The notes: a model not told the origin generated them from the sequence alone. A DNA stretch of 64,000 nucleotides from Candidatus Aminicenantes bacterium (GCA_963773685.1 CAVZBY010000011.1:661532-725531), one strand, 5' to 3'. Counted from the first letter of the stretch, positions 43,747-51,773 are shown. A program made the numbers and translations.

Positions 43747-46090
43747 ACTGGCGGAAAGTCGTTTGGCCCAGGCGAAAAGCATCCTGACAGCCGACCGCAA
43801 CAGCACCCTGGTCGGTCTCCTGTCTATAGAGAGCACCAAGGGTGTTACATGGGTAGAGGATCTCTGTCGACTGTTGGCGCCCCATTATCTGAACTGCATA
43901 TGAGGTCAGACGCAGTCGATCGGCAACGACTGCCGTGAGGTTCAATTGTGGACTCACCGCAATGACAGGGTGTATGGAAACATATTGGCCGGTTGCCAGC
44001 GCAACTGTCGACGCTGGCCCCTGGGCAGCAGAAGCTTCCGAAGGGCGCTCGCTCGTTCCCGAAGCCGGAACTTCCCGGTTGTAGTGAAGGGTAACAGCAG
44101 GATGACAGTAAGAGACCGACTCGGCGTCAACAAAGGTGCGGCCATCAAGGTCGTGAGCCTGGGCAGCCGAGAAGGCTACCGGCGTAACAGCCTCCTTGCC
44201 CCCATGTGCCACAAGTAGGCTGAGCCTGGGGACAGCAACGTAGGCTTTGAAAGAATAGCTCGTTACAAGCCTGGCTGGCTCCGTCTGGTACCCAGGATAG
44301 GCCAACGCTCCATAGCAGGCACGGGCCCAATCATCGATGAGGTACAGGGTGACTACTGCCGTCTCACCCAGTCGCTCAAGAGTCGTCGGGAAAGACTGGA
44401 TTCGCGTGGCGCCGGCCGCGTCTCTGAAGGGCAAAACGAATTGAACTGACAGGCCATCAACAGCAACAGGCGACGCTTTCACCGATCCTAGCCGTTTCAG
44501 GGCTTCGGCTGTCGGAGTCGACATTGCGGGACGGAGAGTGAATCGGATTGTCGTCTCGATACCGGGTTGGCCGGACGCCGTGTGTCCCTTCTGGCGGAAG
44601 GAATATAGAAAGGGGCTATTCTCGGAATCACTGTTCGGCGACGGGAGTACCGGCTCAAAACTCGGCGCATACCAATATTTGCCGTTCGTAATTCGATCCT
44701 TCCAGATTGGCGAAGACGGTTCGTCCACTACCGGAAGACTCTGATCGACCCCGTGGGCCCCAGGCAGAGAACTCGGGCGATCGATGACGACTTCGTTTGA
44801 AGTAAAGTGGTGCAGGTTCGGCGCCACCTGAATAGTCTGCGCTACATGTCCACCCGAAACAAGCGCCGAGGCCGGAACGACAGCATTGCGCCCAGGCGTC
44901 ATTTTGGACCTCAGTGTCCGGTAGCCGTTTCCGTCTGCCGCCAGCTCAATGGATCGTGGACGAACGGTCGACTTTATACCAATCGAAGGCAAAGAACGCA
45001 GCCTGCGTGGTGCAGGCTCGAAGCCCGCAGTTTGCGAGTCCACGCACACCAAGCGAATATGTGAATCCGTCGGTCGGCCGCGCAACGAATCGCCGAAGAT
45101 CCGATCAAGCGAAGTCTCCATTTCGAGAGTGCGTTCGCCCACGCGCGCGATGTCCTGCTCAAAAGCAAGGGCAAATGCACTGCCCGGACGCCGCTTCAGC
45201 CTGTAGCAATTCTGAGGGGAGGCCGGTTCCAGTTCGGGAGTGAGACACTCAATAATAACCGAGGCGGCCCTTCGAAAAGGCGTCACTAACTGGTCTATGT
45301 CAATCGCCCTTTCTGCCTCCTGGCTGCCATCAGGATTCAAAACATGGTACTGAACCACCTTCGCGTCAATGAGATCGCGGAGCATTGTGCCAACGTCTGT
45401 GAGTGTCAGAGGAGCATCCGCATCGAGATGATCCGAAACCCAATCAGAGATCCAATCGAAAATCTCCTGCCAGATGCCGGAGACCTGGACTCTCTGAGTG
45501 ACTGCCGCCGTCCGGAACTGAACGTGACAGCGGACCTTGAGACGCGAAGGAACTCCGGAAAGAGCGGCGACGACCTCCACGGTGTTTTCCCGATCCAGCT
45601 GTGCCTGCAGAGAGGCGCGAGGTGCGATTCCTTCAGAGAGAATGGGGCCGGAGAGAATATCTCCTTCGAATCCCACAAGTGTAAAGGTCGCCGGTCGGAC
45701 GTAAATCGGACGATAGCTCTCAAGGGAGTCTGCGTCGGCGCCGGTAAGAGCACTCGACTCAGGGATAACCCATCCAACTGAGAGCGTTAGAACACCCTGC
45801 TGGATGAGATGGTGAATGGAGCTCTCTTCGGGCAACGGTCGGCGGCTAAGCATGATGGTGAGTGACAGGATAGGTGTTCCCACGCTATCGCAGCACAGCG
45901 CCGGAACACCGGGGAGAACGTGGAACAACCCGGGACGGGACGCGACCGCAAGGCTCTGGTTCATCTCGTCCGGCAGCACTAGTACCGTGAGCATCTGAAT
46001 GCTTCCGGTCTTCAGTTCCCGCACCTCCCATGGGGCACTGCCGGACGGGCCACAGCGGTCACGCTCTGCCAAAACGATACGCCTCTCCAC
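43568..46090 (-). CDS. Hypothetical large protein (up to 840 aa), operon gene 2; true stop probably near 43743
   Basis: Long uninterrupted ORF. The 46090 start is GTG without an obvious SD, and an alternative ATG exists at 45994 (MLTVLVLPDE...). The last ~55 codons overlap gene 3 out of frame and look non-coding. Confidence 0.65.
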   Translation of the reverse strand: MERRIVLAERDRCGPSGSAPWEVRELKTGSIQMLTVLVLPDEMNQSLAVASRPGLFHVLPGVPALCCDSVGTPILSLTIMLSRRPLPEESSIHHLIQQGVLTLSVGWVIPESSALTGADADSLESYRPIYVRPATFTLVGFEGDILSGPILSEGIAPRASLQAQLDRENTVEVVAALSGVPSRLKVRCHVQFRTAAVTQRVQVSGIWQEIFDWISDWVSDHLDADAPLTLTDVGTMLRDLIDAKVVQYHVLNPDGSQEAERAIDIDQLVTPFRRAASVIIECLTPELEPASPQNCYRLKRRPGSAFALAFEQDIARVGERTLEMETSLDRIFGDSLRGRPTDSHIRLVCVDSQTAGFEPAPRRLRSLPSIGIKSTVRPRSIELAADGNGYRTLRSKMTPGRNAVVPASALVSGGHVAQTIQVAPNLHHFTSNEVVIDRPSSLPGAHGVDQSLPVVDEPSSPIWKDRITNGKYWYAPSFEPVLPSPNSDSENSPFLYSFRQKGHTASGQPGIETTIRFTLRPAMSTPTAEALKRLGSVKASPVAVDGLSVQFVLPFRDAAGATRIQSFPTTLERLGETAVVTLYLIDDWARACYGALAYPGYQTEPARLVTSYSFKAYVAVPRLSLLVAHGGKEAVTPVAFSAAQAHDLDGRTFVDAESVSYCHPAVTLHYNREVPASGTSERPSEASAAQGPASTVALATGQYVSIHPVIAVSPQLNLTAVVADRLRLTSYAVQIMGRQQSTEILYPCNTLGALYRQETDQGAVAVGCQDAFRLGQTTFRQYEEIKDDVPAERPLHGIPVLTTTWAFFGRTSDLPHSPFWSERWGPIVPCGDLPVLYGRS

Positions 46091-46177
46091 TCAACGCGAC
46101 GCGAGAGCCAAACCCTTGGAAACCAAATCTCACCTTTATCACCAAATCACGTCGTCAGATATAACGACGCGCGCCTA

Positions 46178-46903
46178 TTATGTTTTCCCGCGCTTGCCGG
46201 TTTCAGCCCGCTTGGCCGGCGGAACGACGGATACCGCGGGCCCCGTACTTTTGCTCTTCCCTTCCGCAGAGGCAGTCCGAGTTGGCGGAGTCACTTCAAA
46301 CCCACTGATCTCAATAGCCCGAGCGGCAGCCTCCTCCTGCGGCAGTGCTCGCGAACTGGGCGGAACCTCATTGCCACCGGAGGTCACGGGCGGTGGCGTC
46401 GCCGAAGCATCTGTCGATATCCGCGTGGGGAGCAAGAAGTCCTTCAGTTCTAGAGAACGGTTCTTAACCTCTTTGTCACTCGGTCGCGGAACTTGCACTA
46501 CAAGCGGTCCATTTCCATTCGATTCGACCCATTCTCCGGTCCATTCCTGTCCACCCGTAAACAGGCCGCCTTTTACCACAACCCTCACCTGGTATTTAAA
46601 CTTGGGTATGAAATCGAGCTGACCCGTAAAGATCGTCCAAAAACGCGGCTCATCCTGATCGGCAAAACTCCAGACAAACTTGGTAATCGGTCGATCTGCG
46701 CCGTCCCCGGTCTTTCCAAGGCACTGGAACGACACCTCAACCATCTGCTTTGCGTCTTCAAGGACAACGCCGAGCGTCACGGGACCGACAGACAGTTTGC
46801 CGGCAGAGTCGGCACGAACCTCTATCGCATTTTCATTGGTGAGAACGTCCGTTTGGGTCGGGATCAAGATCGAGTATATTCTTTTCCACGAAGCAGCGGG
46901 CAT
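46178..46903 (-). CDS. Hypothetical; probably the C-terminal continuation of the 573-aa ORF across a frame break near 46840-46850
   Basis: Coding-looking from ...IPTQTDVLTNENAIEVRADSAGKLSVGPVTLGVVLED... to a Pro/Ser/Thr-rich, Lys/Arg-terminated tail. No SD precedes the only internal ATG (46903). Confidence 0.5.
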   Translation of the reverse strand: MPAASWKRIYSILIPTQTDVLTNENAIEVRADSAGKLSVGPVTLGVVLEDAKQMVEVSFQCLGKTGDGADRPITKFVWSFADQDEPRFWTIFTGQLDFIPKFKYQVRVVVKGGLFTGGQEWTGEWVESNGNGPLVVQVPRPSDKEVKNRSLELKDFLLPTRISTDASATPPPVTSGGNEVPPSSRALPQEEAAARAIEISGFEVTPPTRTASAEGKSKSTGPAVSVVPPAKRAETGKRGKT

Positions 46904-48554
46904 GCGGATAGGCAAGTTCGTCAGGAGGTTCTGCGAAATGAATTTGCCTTTTAATGAATGTCTGATCGGGGGTCCAGCCGGCAGGTGGGTTTTCCACATG
47001 TGCCTGGTCCTTCTTTTCCTCTGACCAGGTCCAGGCAGCATCGGCCGGATCGGTTGCCTGGAACACATGGGCTTTCCACTGGATATCCCCCTTGGTGCTC
47101 GGATACCCGACCTGAGCCGACAAAAACGCCACTGGCTCGCCAATCCATTTGCGACTTGGATCAGGCCAGTTGACCACCGGCTTGACAATCCGACTGTTCT
47201 TACGGTCCCAATCACTCAGATACAGAGTGCTGAAATACTTGTTTTCAGCTTGAGGATCGGCCTTGATATCATTGTAGAAGCCTTCAAGAGTGCCGCTCAC
47301 AACTGTGTCCTGCAAATATGCCATTTCGCGCGTTTCATCGTATTCGAGGTTAAGATGGGTCTCGTCTCTGCGATACTTCAGGGCCATACCTACTCCCCAC
47401 GGACCAGACCCGCTGCTAGCCTTCGCAGGCTCGACATTGGGAGCCGGCGGTTCGAAGATCATCTTCTGCGCTGCCTCCATGAATTTCTGATAAACAAGGT
47501 CCGTCTTCTTGTCGATGTCCTGCTGCATTTTTTCGGCGCCCGGAATAGTAGGATCGATTTCCACAACGACCTTCATTATGCCCTTAGTGCGCATATTGTT
47601 GATCTCGACTTTAATGTCGGCAGAGGCCCATAGATAGTGACCAGACATCGCCGACGAGAAGTGGCTGAAAATCTTGTCCCACTCCCCGGTGATCTTAATG
47701 TGGACAAGAGGAGCCCAGAACTTGATTTTCATGTCCTGTCGAACCACCATCGCGCTGTAGGTGCCGTGAAAGCTTGCCCATAGAAGCGCAGCCGGCAAAC
47801 TGCCGACTAACCCGGAGAAAGCGTTTTCAGCAAGCAGGTCAATCGAACCTGCCCCCTGACCCTGGAGATTTACGTACCACGGGTCCAAATTCGTGCCGGC
47901 GGTATCCCGCGTGAGCGGAACAGAACGCGGGAATTTCATGGCGGGTGAGGCCAATGGTGTCAGATTGAATGACCGCATCACCGCAATGTCGGCGCCCCGA
48001 GGCGGGGCAGGTGGTGCCGCAGACCCCGGTGTCACGCCCGACCCGGCAAGGGCCGTGGAGGTGCCCATAGGAGAGTTGATTGTCGGCACGGAGCCGTTGG
48101 GAAGCGGCGACAAGTTGGTCAGCAACGTCACGTTTGATACGACCGGCATCGGTCTGAACATAGGGCGCGCACTAGTGCGCCATCCCCAGTACTTGTCGTT
48201 ATCTCCCCGAAAGATCTCGGCCAGCTGATCCTCAGCCGTTTTGAGAACGTCCGGTGGCGGCGCAGCCGTCGTCGAGAAGCTAATGACCCCCCCGGCTACC
48301 TCGCGCTCTCCGGCCACTCCAACTGTGCTGTTCTCACTCTGAACGCCGACAAAGTGGATCATTCGAAACTTGAAGTCGCCATTGCCCCCGTGGCGAGCCA
48401 ACCGAACGTAGTTAGGCATCCAATAGTATACCGGTGGTTTGCCTTGCCGCTGTAAATCGTCATTGTGAAGATCGGGGAGATATAGCATCTCATATCCAGC
48501 CATAGCAATATGCTGGAATCCCCCTGCGAAGATCGGTCCTACTGGGTCAGCCAT
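46833..48554 (-). CDS. Hypothetical large protein (573 aa as read; ~790 aa if joined to 46178..46903), operon gene 1
   Basis: SD AGGAGG 7 nt before the ATG at 48554. MADPVGPIFAGGFQH...PPVYYWMPNYVRLARHGGNGDFKFRMIHF.... No family recognised. Confidence 0.7.
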   Translation of the reverse strand: MADPVGPIFAGGFQHIAMAGYEMLYLPDLHNDDLQRQGKPPVYYWMPNYVRLARHGGNGDFKFRMIHFVGVQSENSTVGVAGEREVAGGVISFSTTAAPPPDVLKTAEDQLAEIFRGDNDKYWGWRTSARPMFRPMPVVSNVTLLTNLSPLPNGSVPTINSPMGTSTALAGSGVTPGSAAPPAPPRGADIAVMRSFNLTPLASPAMKFPRSVPLTRDTAGTNLDPWYVNLQGQGAGSIDLLAENAFSGLVGSLPAALLWASFHGTYSAMVVRQDMKIKFWAPLVHIKITGEWDKIFSHFSSAMSGHYLWASADIKVEINNMRTKGIMKVVVEIDPTIPGAEKMQQDIDKKTDLVYQKFMEAAQKMIFEPPAPNVEPAKASSGSGPWGVGMALKYRRDETHLNLEYDETREMAYLQDTVVSGTLEGFYNDIKADPQAENKYFSTLYLSDWDRKNSRIVKPVVNWPDPSRKWIGEPVAFLSAQVGYPSTKGDIQWKAHVFQATDPADAAWTWSEEKKDQAHVENPPAGWTPDQTFIKRQIHFAEPPDELAYPHARCFVEKNILDLDPDPNGRSHQ

Positions 48555-48793
48555 AAGTTACCTCCTATTAATAGGAAATTCGATATACATAATGCCAAGA
48601 TCCCTATTAAGTCAGGGCCGGAACAATGCGCGCGTTTCATTTATCCTGCCCTTATAATTTTTAGCTATGAGGAAAGTGAAAAAAACAATATTTTTGCCAT
48701 AAAAGACTCAACTAACCCTCCCCCGACCAACTAAATATGGAAACTCGCCTACACAAAGTCAACATCCGAGCCGGCGTCTCCGCGTATTTCAAA

Positions 48794-48813
48794 TAATCTC
48801 CAATAATTTCAAT
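48794..48813 (+). promoter_or_regulatory. 20-nt shared upstream motif, copy 1 (taatctccaataatttcaat)
   Basis: 19/20 identical to 49766-49785. Ends 18 nt before the ATG at 48832. Confidence 0.5.
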
Positions 48814-48831
48814 GTTTTTCAAACTAATTCG

Positions 48832-49554
48832 ATGAAATATGTAAGGGAATTATCAGGGATCAGATTAACGTCGGGTATCACCGGCTATAGAATTCTGGAA
48901 GAAATGATACTTGATAAGTTCGACCCGGCGAAGCCATTCTACTCACTCGTCCTAGCCTACCTGTGCCAAGTCCACGGATTGGCGGAACTGATCTCTCGTG
49001 GGTTCTATCGGGAGTTCGAGACGTTCATACAAAAAGTGCGGCCCGCAGCTCACATATCCCGAAAGCAACTAATCGCGCTCTTCCTGGCTAATATGAGTGA
49101 GGTGATCCGGGATGACGCTGAACAAACTCTCTTGGGCGGGACAACCATTTTGTTGCTTCCACTGGAGATGCAGGCATGGAGTGGAGAGGGCCTCAAGTGG
49201 GACGCGGCTGAGTTGGCCGACACGGTATTCTCGGACAAGTACAACGCGACCCTTCGGTACTTCAACCGCCTTACCGCCGGGAGCCTACTCGTAATGGCGT
49301 GGGAGCACGTGAAGCCGAAGCATCGACGCGACCCGGTCGCCCAGTTCCTTAGGCACTGCCGGAATGCGGCTGCCCATAACGGAGTATTCACTTTTAACCA
49401 CGGGCAACCAGATAAACCGGCTGAGTGGCACGGTATCAAGATTGTTCGGGCCTTGGAAGGCTCACCCCTGTTCGTCGATCCGCCGCGAAAGGGGTTTCTC
49501 GGCCCTGGTGACGCAGTTTACTTGCTGGCCGACATCGAAAAGAAGTTAATGTAA
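48832..49554 (+). CDS. HEPN-motif protein (Abi_2/AbiD-like guess), putative RNase
   Basis: Mostly helical 240 aa with ...VAQFLRHCRNAAAHNGVF..., where R-N-A-A-A-H matches the HEPN Rx4-6H motif. Confidence 0.55.
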   Translation: MKYVRELSGIRLTSGITGYRILEEMILDKFDPAKPFYSLVLAYLCQVHGLAELISRGFYREFETFIQKVRPAAHISRKQLIALFLANMSEVIRDDAEQTLLGGTTILLLPLEMQAWSGEGLKWDAAELADTVFSDKYNATLRYFNRLTAGSLLVMAWEHVKPKHRRDPVAQFLRHCRNAAAHNGVFTFNHGQPDKPAEWHGIKIVRALEGSPLFVDPPRKGFLGPGDAVYLLADIEKKLM

Positions 49555-49765
49555 TTGATCAAACTGGACGCCGATAAGGGCGGAAGATCCCACCTCGTTA
49601 TTAAAGGACGCTCAGGGAAGCATCAGATTCTCACTGAGAGGAGAGGGGCACCACCGCTCCTTATCACATGCCCCCCGCTATTGCGGATAAGCCGATTATA
49701 TTAGAAAGATGGATACTCGCCCTCTTAATGTCAGCGGCTCGAAGGGGATAGCCCTGATTTTCTAG

Positions 49766-49785
49766 TAATCTCCAATTAATTCAAT
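49766..49785 (+). promoter_or_regulatory. 20-nt shared upstream motif, copy 2 (taatctccaattaattcaat)
   Basis: 19/20 identical to 48794-48813. Ends 59 nt before the ATG at 49845. Confidence 0.5.
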
Positions 49786-49829
49786 TTATCTAGCATTCCT
49801 TCGACTAATACTACGGATGTATATAGATA

Positions 49830-49842
49830 GGGGGGGGGGGGG
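49830..49842. repeat. Homopolymeric G13 tract occupying the SD position of the 49845 gene
   Basis: 13 consecutive G, then AA, then the ATG at 49845. Confidence 0.9.
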
Positions 49843-49844
49843 AA

Positions 49845-50036
49845 ATGCAGACAGTCGAAAGGCTCGATTCCTGGAAAGAGATAGCGAGGTATCTTCGAAG
49901 GGACGTGGGGACGTGTATCAAATGGACGAAATATTATGACCTCCCTGTTTATCATATTAATAAGAATTCTCCGCGCTCCAGAGTATTCGCGTTTAGAACA
50001 GAAATCGATCAATGGTTTAAGGGCAAAACAAAATAA
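49845..50036 (+). CDS. Small excisionase/MerR-like helix-turn-helix protein
   Basis: 63 aa: LDSWKEIARYLRRDVGTCIKWTKYYDLPVYHINKNSPRSRVFAFRTEIDQWF matches the pattern of Xis-family HTH_17-type DNA-binding domains. Confidence 0.55.
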   Translation: MQTVERLDSWKEIARYLRRDVGTCIKWTKYYDLPVYHINKNSPRSRVFAFRTEIDQWFKGKTK

Positions 50037-50235
50037 GAGGAAGTAAAGACAAGGTTTCTGCTTTTAGGCATCTCATTAATCGTCTGCACTCGAATATAAC
50101 GGCTATTAACCTGCCCCCCATAAATCGGCCCAGGTTTAATGGACTAACTCAGAGGAAGTGACCTGCCCCCCGAATCTTGGTCCATTCCGGATGCGACTTT
50201 TTTGATAAAATCGGGCATTCGGAAAGGAGTTCGGG

Positions 50236-50499
50236 ATGAAGAAGAAGTTCACGGAGGCGCAGATCGTCTTTGCTCTTCGCCAAGCGGAGAGCGGGACGCC
50301 GATCGCGGAGATCGTCCGGAAGATGGAGATCTCCGAGGTCACGTTCTATCGCTGGAAGAAGAAGTACGCGGGGATGGGTGTGGCGGAACTCCGCCGGTTG
50401 AAGCAGCTCGAAGATGAGAACCGGCGGCTGAAGCGGCTGGTGGCCGATCTGACGCTCGACAAGTAGATGCTCCAGGATGCCTTATCAAAAAAGTTCTGA
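50236..50499 (+). pseudogene. IS3-family transposase OrfA (HTH), with in-frame TAG at 50464-50466 upstream of the slippery site
   Basis: MKKKFTEAQIVFALRQAESGTPIAEIVRKMEISEVTFYRWKKKYAGMGVAELRRLKQLEDENRRLKRLVADLTLDK*MLQDALSKKF*. Confidence 0.8.
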
Positions 50500-51387
50500 G
50501 GCCCGCCGAGGAGCGGGACCTGGTGTTCGTCATGAGGACGTCCTACCAGGTCTCTGAGCGGCGGGCGTGTCGAGCTTTGAGACTCCCCCGATCGACGATC
50601 CGGCACAAGAGCATGGCAGACCCTCAGACGGCGCTTCGCATGCGACTGAGGGATCTCGCCATGTCACGGGTTGGCTATGGCTATCGACGGCTCCAGGTCC
50701 TGATCGAGCGGGAAGGATGGCACGTGAATCACAAGCGGGTTTATCGCTTGTATCGTGAGGAAGGCTTGGCCATGAGGCGGAGACCTTCCAGGCGGCGCAA
50801 GGCCTGCCTGAAGAGGGAGCTGCGGCCTCTGGCCGCGGAAAAGAACGAATGTTGGAGCATGGACTTCATGTCGGACGAGCTCTTCGACGGCCAGAGGATT
50901 CGGCTTTTAGCGCTAGTCGACAATCATACCCGTGAAAGTCTGGCGATCCATGTGGGCCAGAGGATCCGGGGCTGCTGAGGTGGTCCAGGTCTTGGAGCGG
51001 GTCATGAAGGGTCACGGCCGGCCGCTGACGATACGGGTGGACAACGGCCCGGAATTTATCTCTAAAGACGTCGATCTCTGGGCTTACTGGAACCACGTCA
51101 GCTTGGACTTCTCCCGTCCGGGGAAGCCGATGGACAACGCTTATATCGAGTCCTTCAACGGCCGGTTCCGGCAGGAATGCCTCAACGAGCACTGGTTCCT
51201 AAGCTTGGATGATGCCCGGGACAAGGTCGAAGCTTGGCGGCGGGACTACAACGAAGAACGCCCCCACAGCGCTCTCGGCAACGCGACCCCGGAGGAATAC
51301 GCGGCTCATGTCGAGTCTCGAAAAGGGCTTCCGGACCAAGAGCTCGCAGCGGCAGAAAAAGAACTTGCTTATTCAATAAGTTGCTGA
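50487..51387 (+). pseudogene. IS3-family transposase OrfB (rve/DDE), frame break near 50960
   Basis: The -1 frame from AAAAAAG reads KKVLRPAEERDLVFVMRTSYQVSERRACRAL...NECWSMDFMSD...LLALVDNHTRESLAIHVGQRIRG, then after a shift AEVVQVLERV...IRVDNGPEFISK...NAYIESFNGRFRQECLN...YNEERPHSALG. Confidence 0.8.
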
Positions 51388-51416
51388 CAAAATGGGCGAG
51401 AATCGGGGTGCGGGTC

Positions 51417-51773
51417 ATGAGCGTTTGGCCGGTTGGTGCTTATGGATTACTGTTTGGGGGGCCTATCGGGGCCATTTGGTTTTCATTTTTTAAGGATGTA
51501 GATTATTCGTTCTTCATCAACTATCGAAAATGGGTGTTCCCAGCATTACTAGTTCATATTTGCCTGCGCTTAGCTCAGAAACCTGACCCAGACTGGCGCA
51601 AGACCTGGCTCTTGGTGATACTCGCGGTGTTAAATAACCCGATTCGTTTGGTCCATTTTGGTATCGTTTGGCCTTGGTTGATAATCAATGCCGCCACACT
51701 AATATTTTCATTCTGGGCAGTAACGAAAGTGAGAGACTGCCGCCTTAGAGAGAATAAGCAAAGGTGGTCTTAA
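51417..51773 (+). CDS. Small polytopic membrane protein (118 aa)
   Basis: MSVWPVGAYGLLFGGPIGAIWFSFF...WVFPALLVHICL...WLLVILAVLNN...WPWLIINAATLIFSFWAV. The A of the ATG is the last base of the IS, so the N-terminus may be IS-truncated. Confidence 0.5.
   Translation: MSVWPVGAYGLLFGGPIGAIWFSFFKDVDYSFFINYRKWVFPALLVHICLRLAQKPDPDWRKTWLLVILAVLNNPIRLVHFGIVWPWLIINAATLIFSFWAVTKVRDCRLRENKQRWS

Larger units (their letters stand above)
50159..51417 (+). mobile_element. IS3-family (IS407-like) insertion sequence, decayed
   Basis: Imperfect terminal IRs: tgacctgccccccgaatcttggtcc at 50159 versus the reverse complement of the right end, tgacccgcaccccgattctcgccc. orfA/orfB arrangement with an A6G slippery site at 50487-50493. 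Length 1259 bp. No clear target-site duplication. Confidence 0.8.

Noticed and set aside
49830-49842. G13 tract as a G-quadruplex element
   Set aside because: A single run of 13 G is too short for a canonical three-tetrad intramolecular quadruplex, and no flanking G-runs are present. The homopolymer-slippage reading, or an artefact, is more parsimonious.
49776-50012. 78-aa minus-strand ORF containing PPPP
   Set aside because: It is antisense to the HTH gene, and the proline run is simply the C13 complement of the G13 tract.
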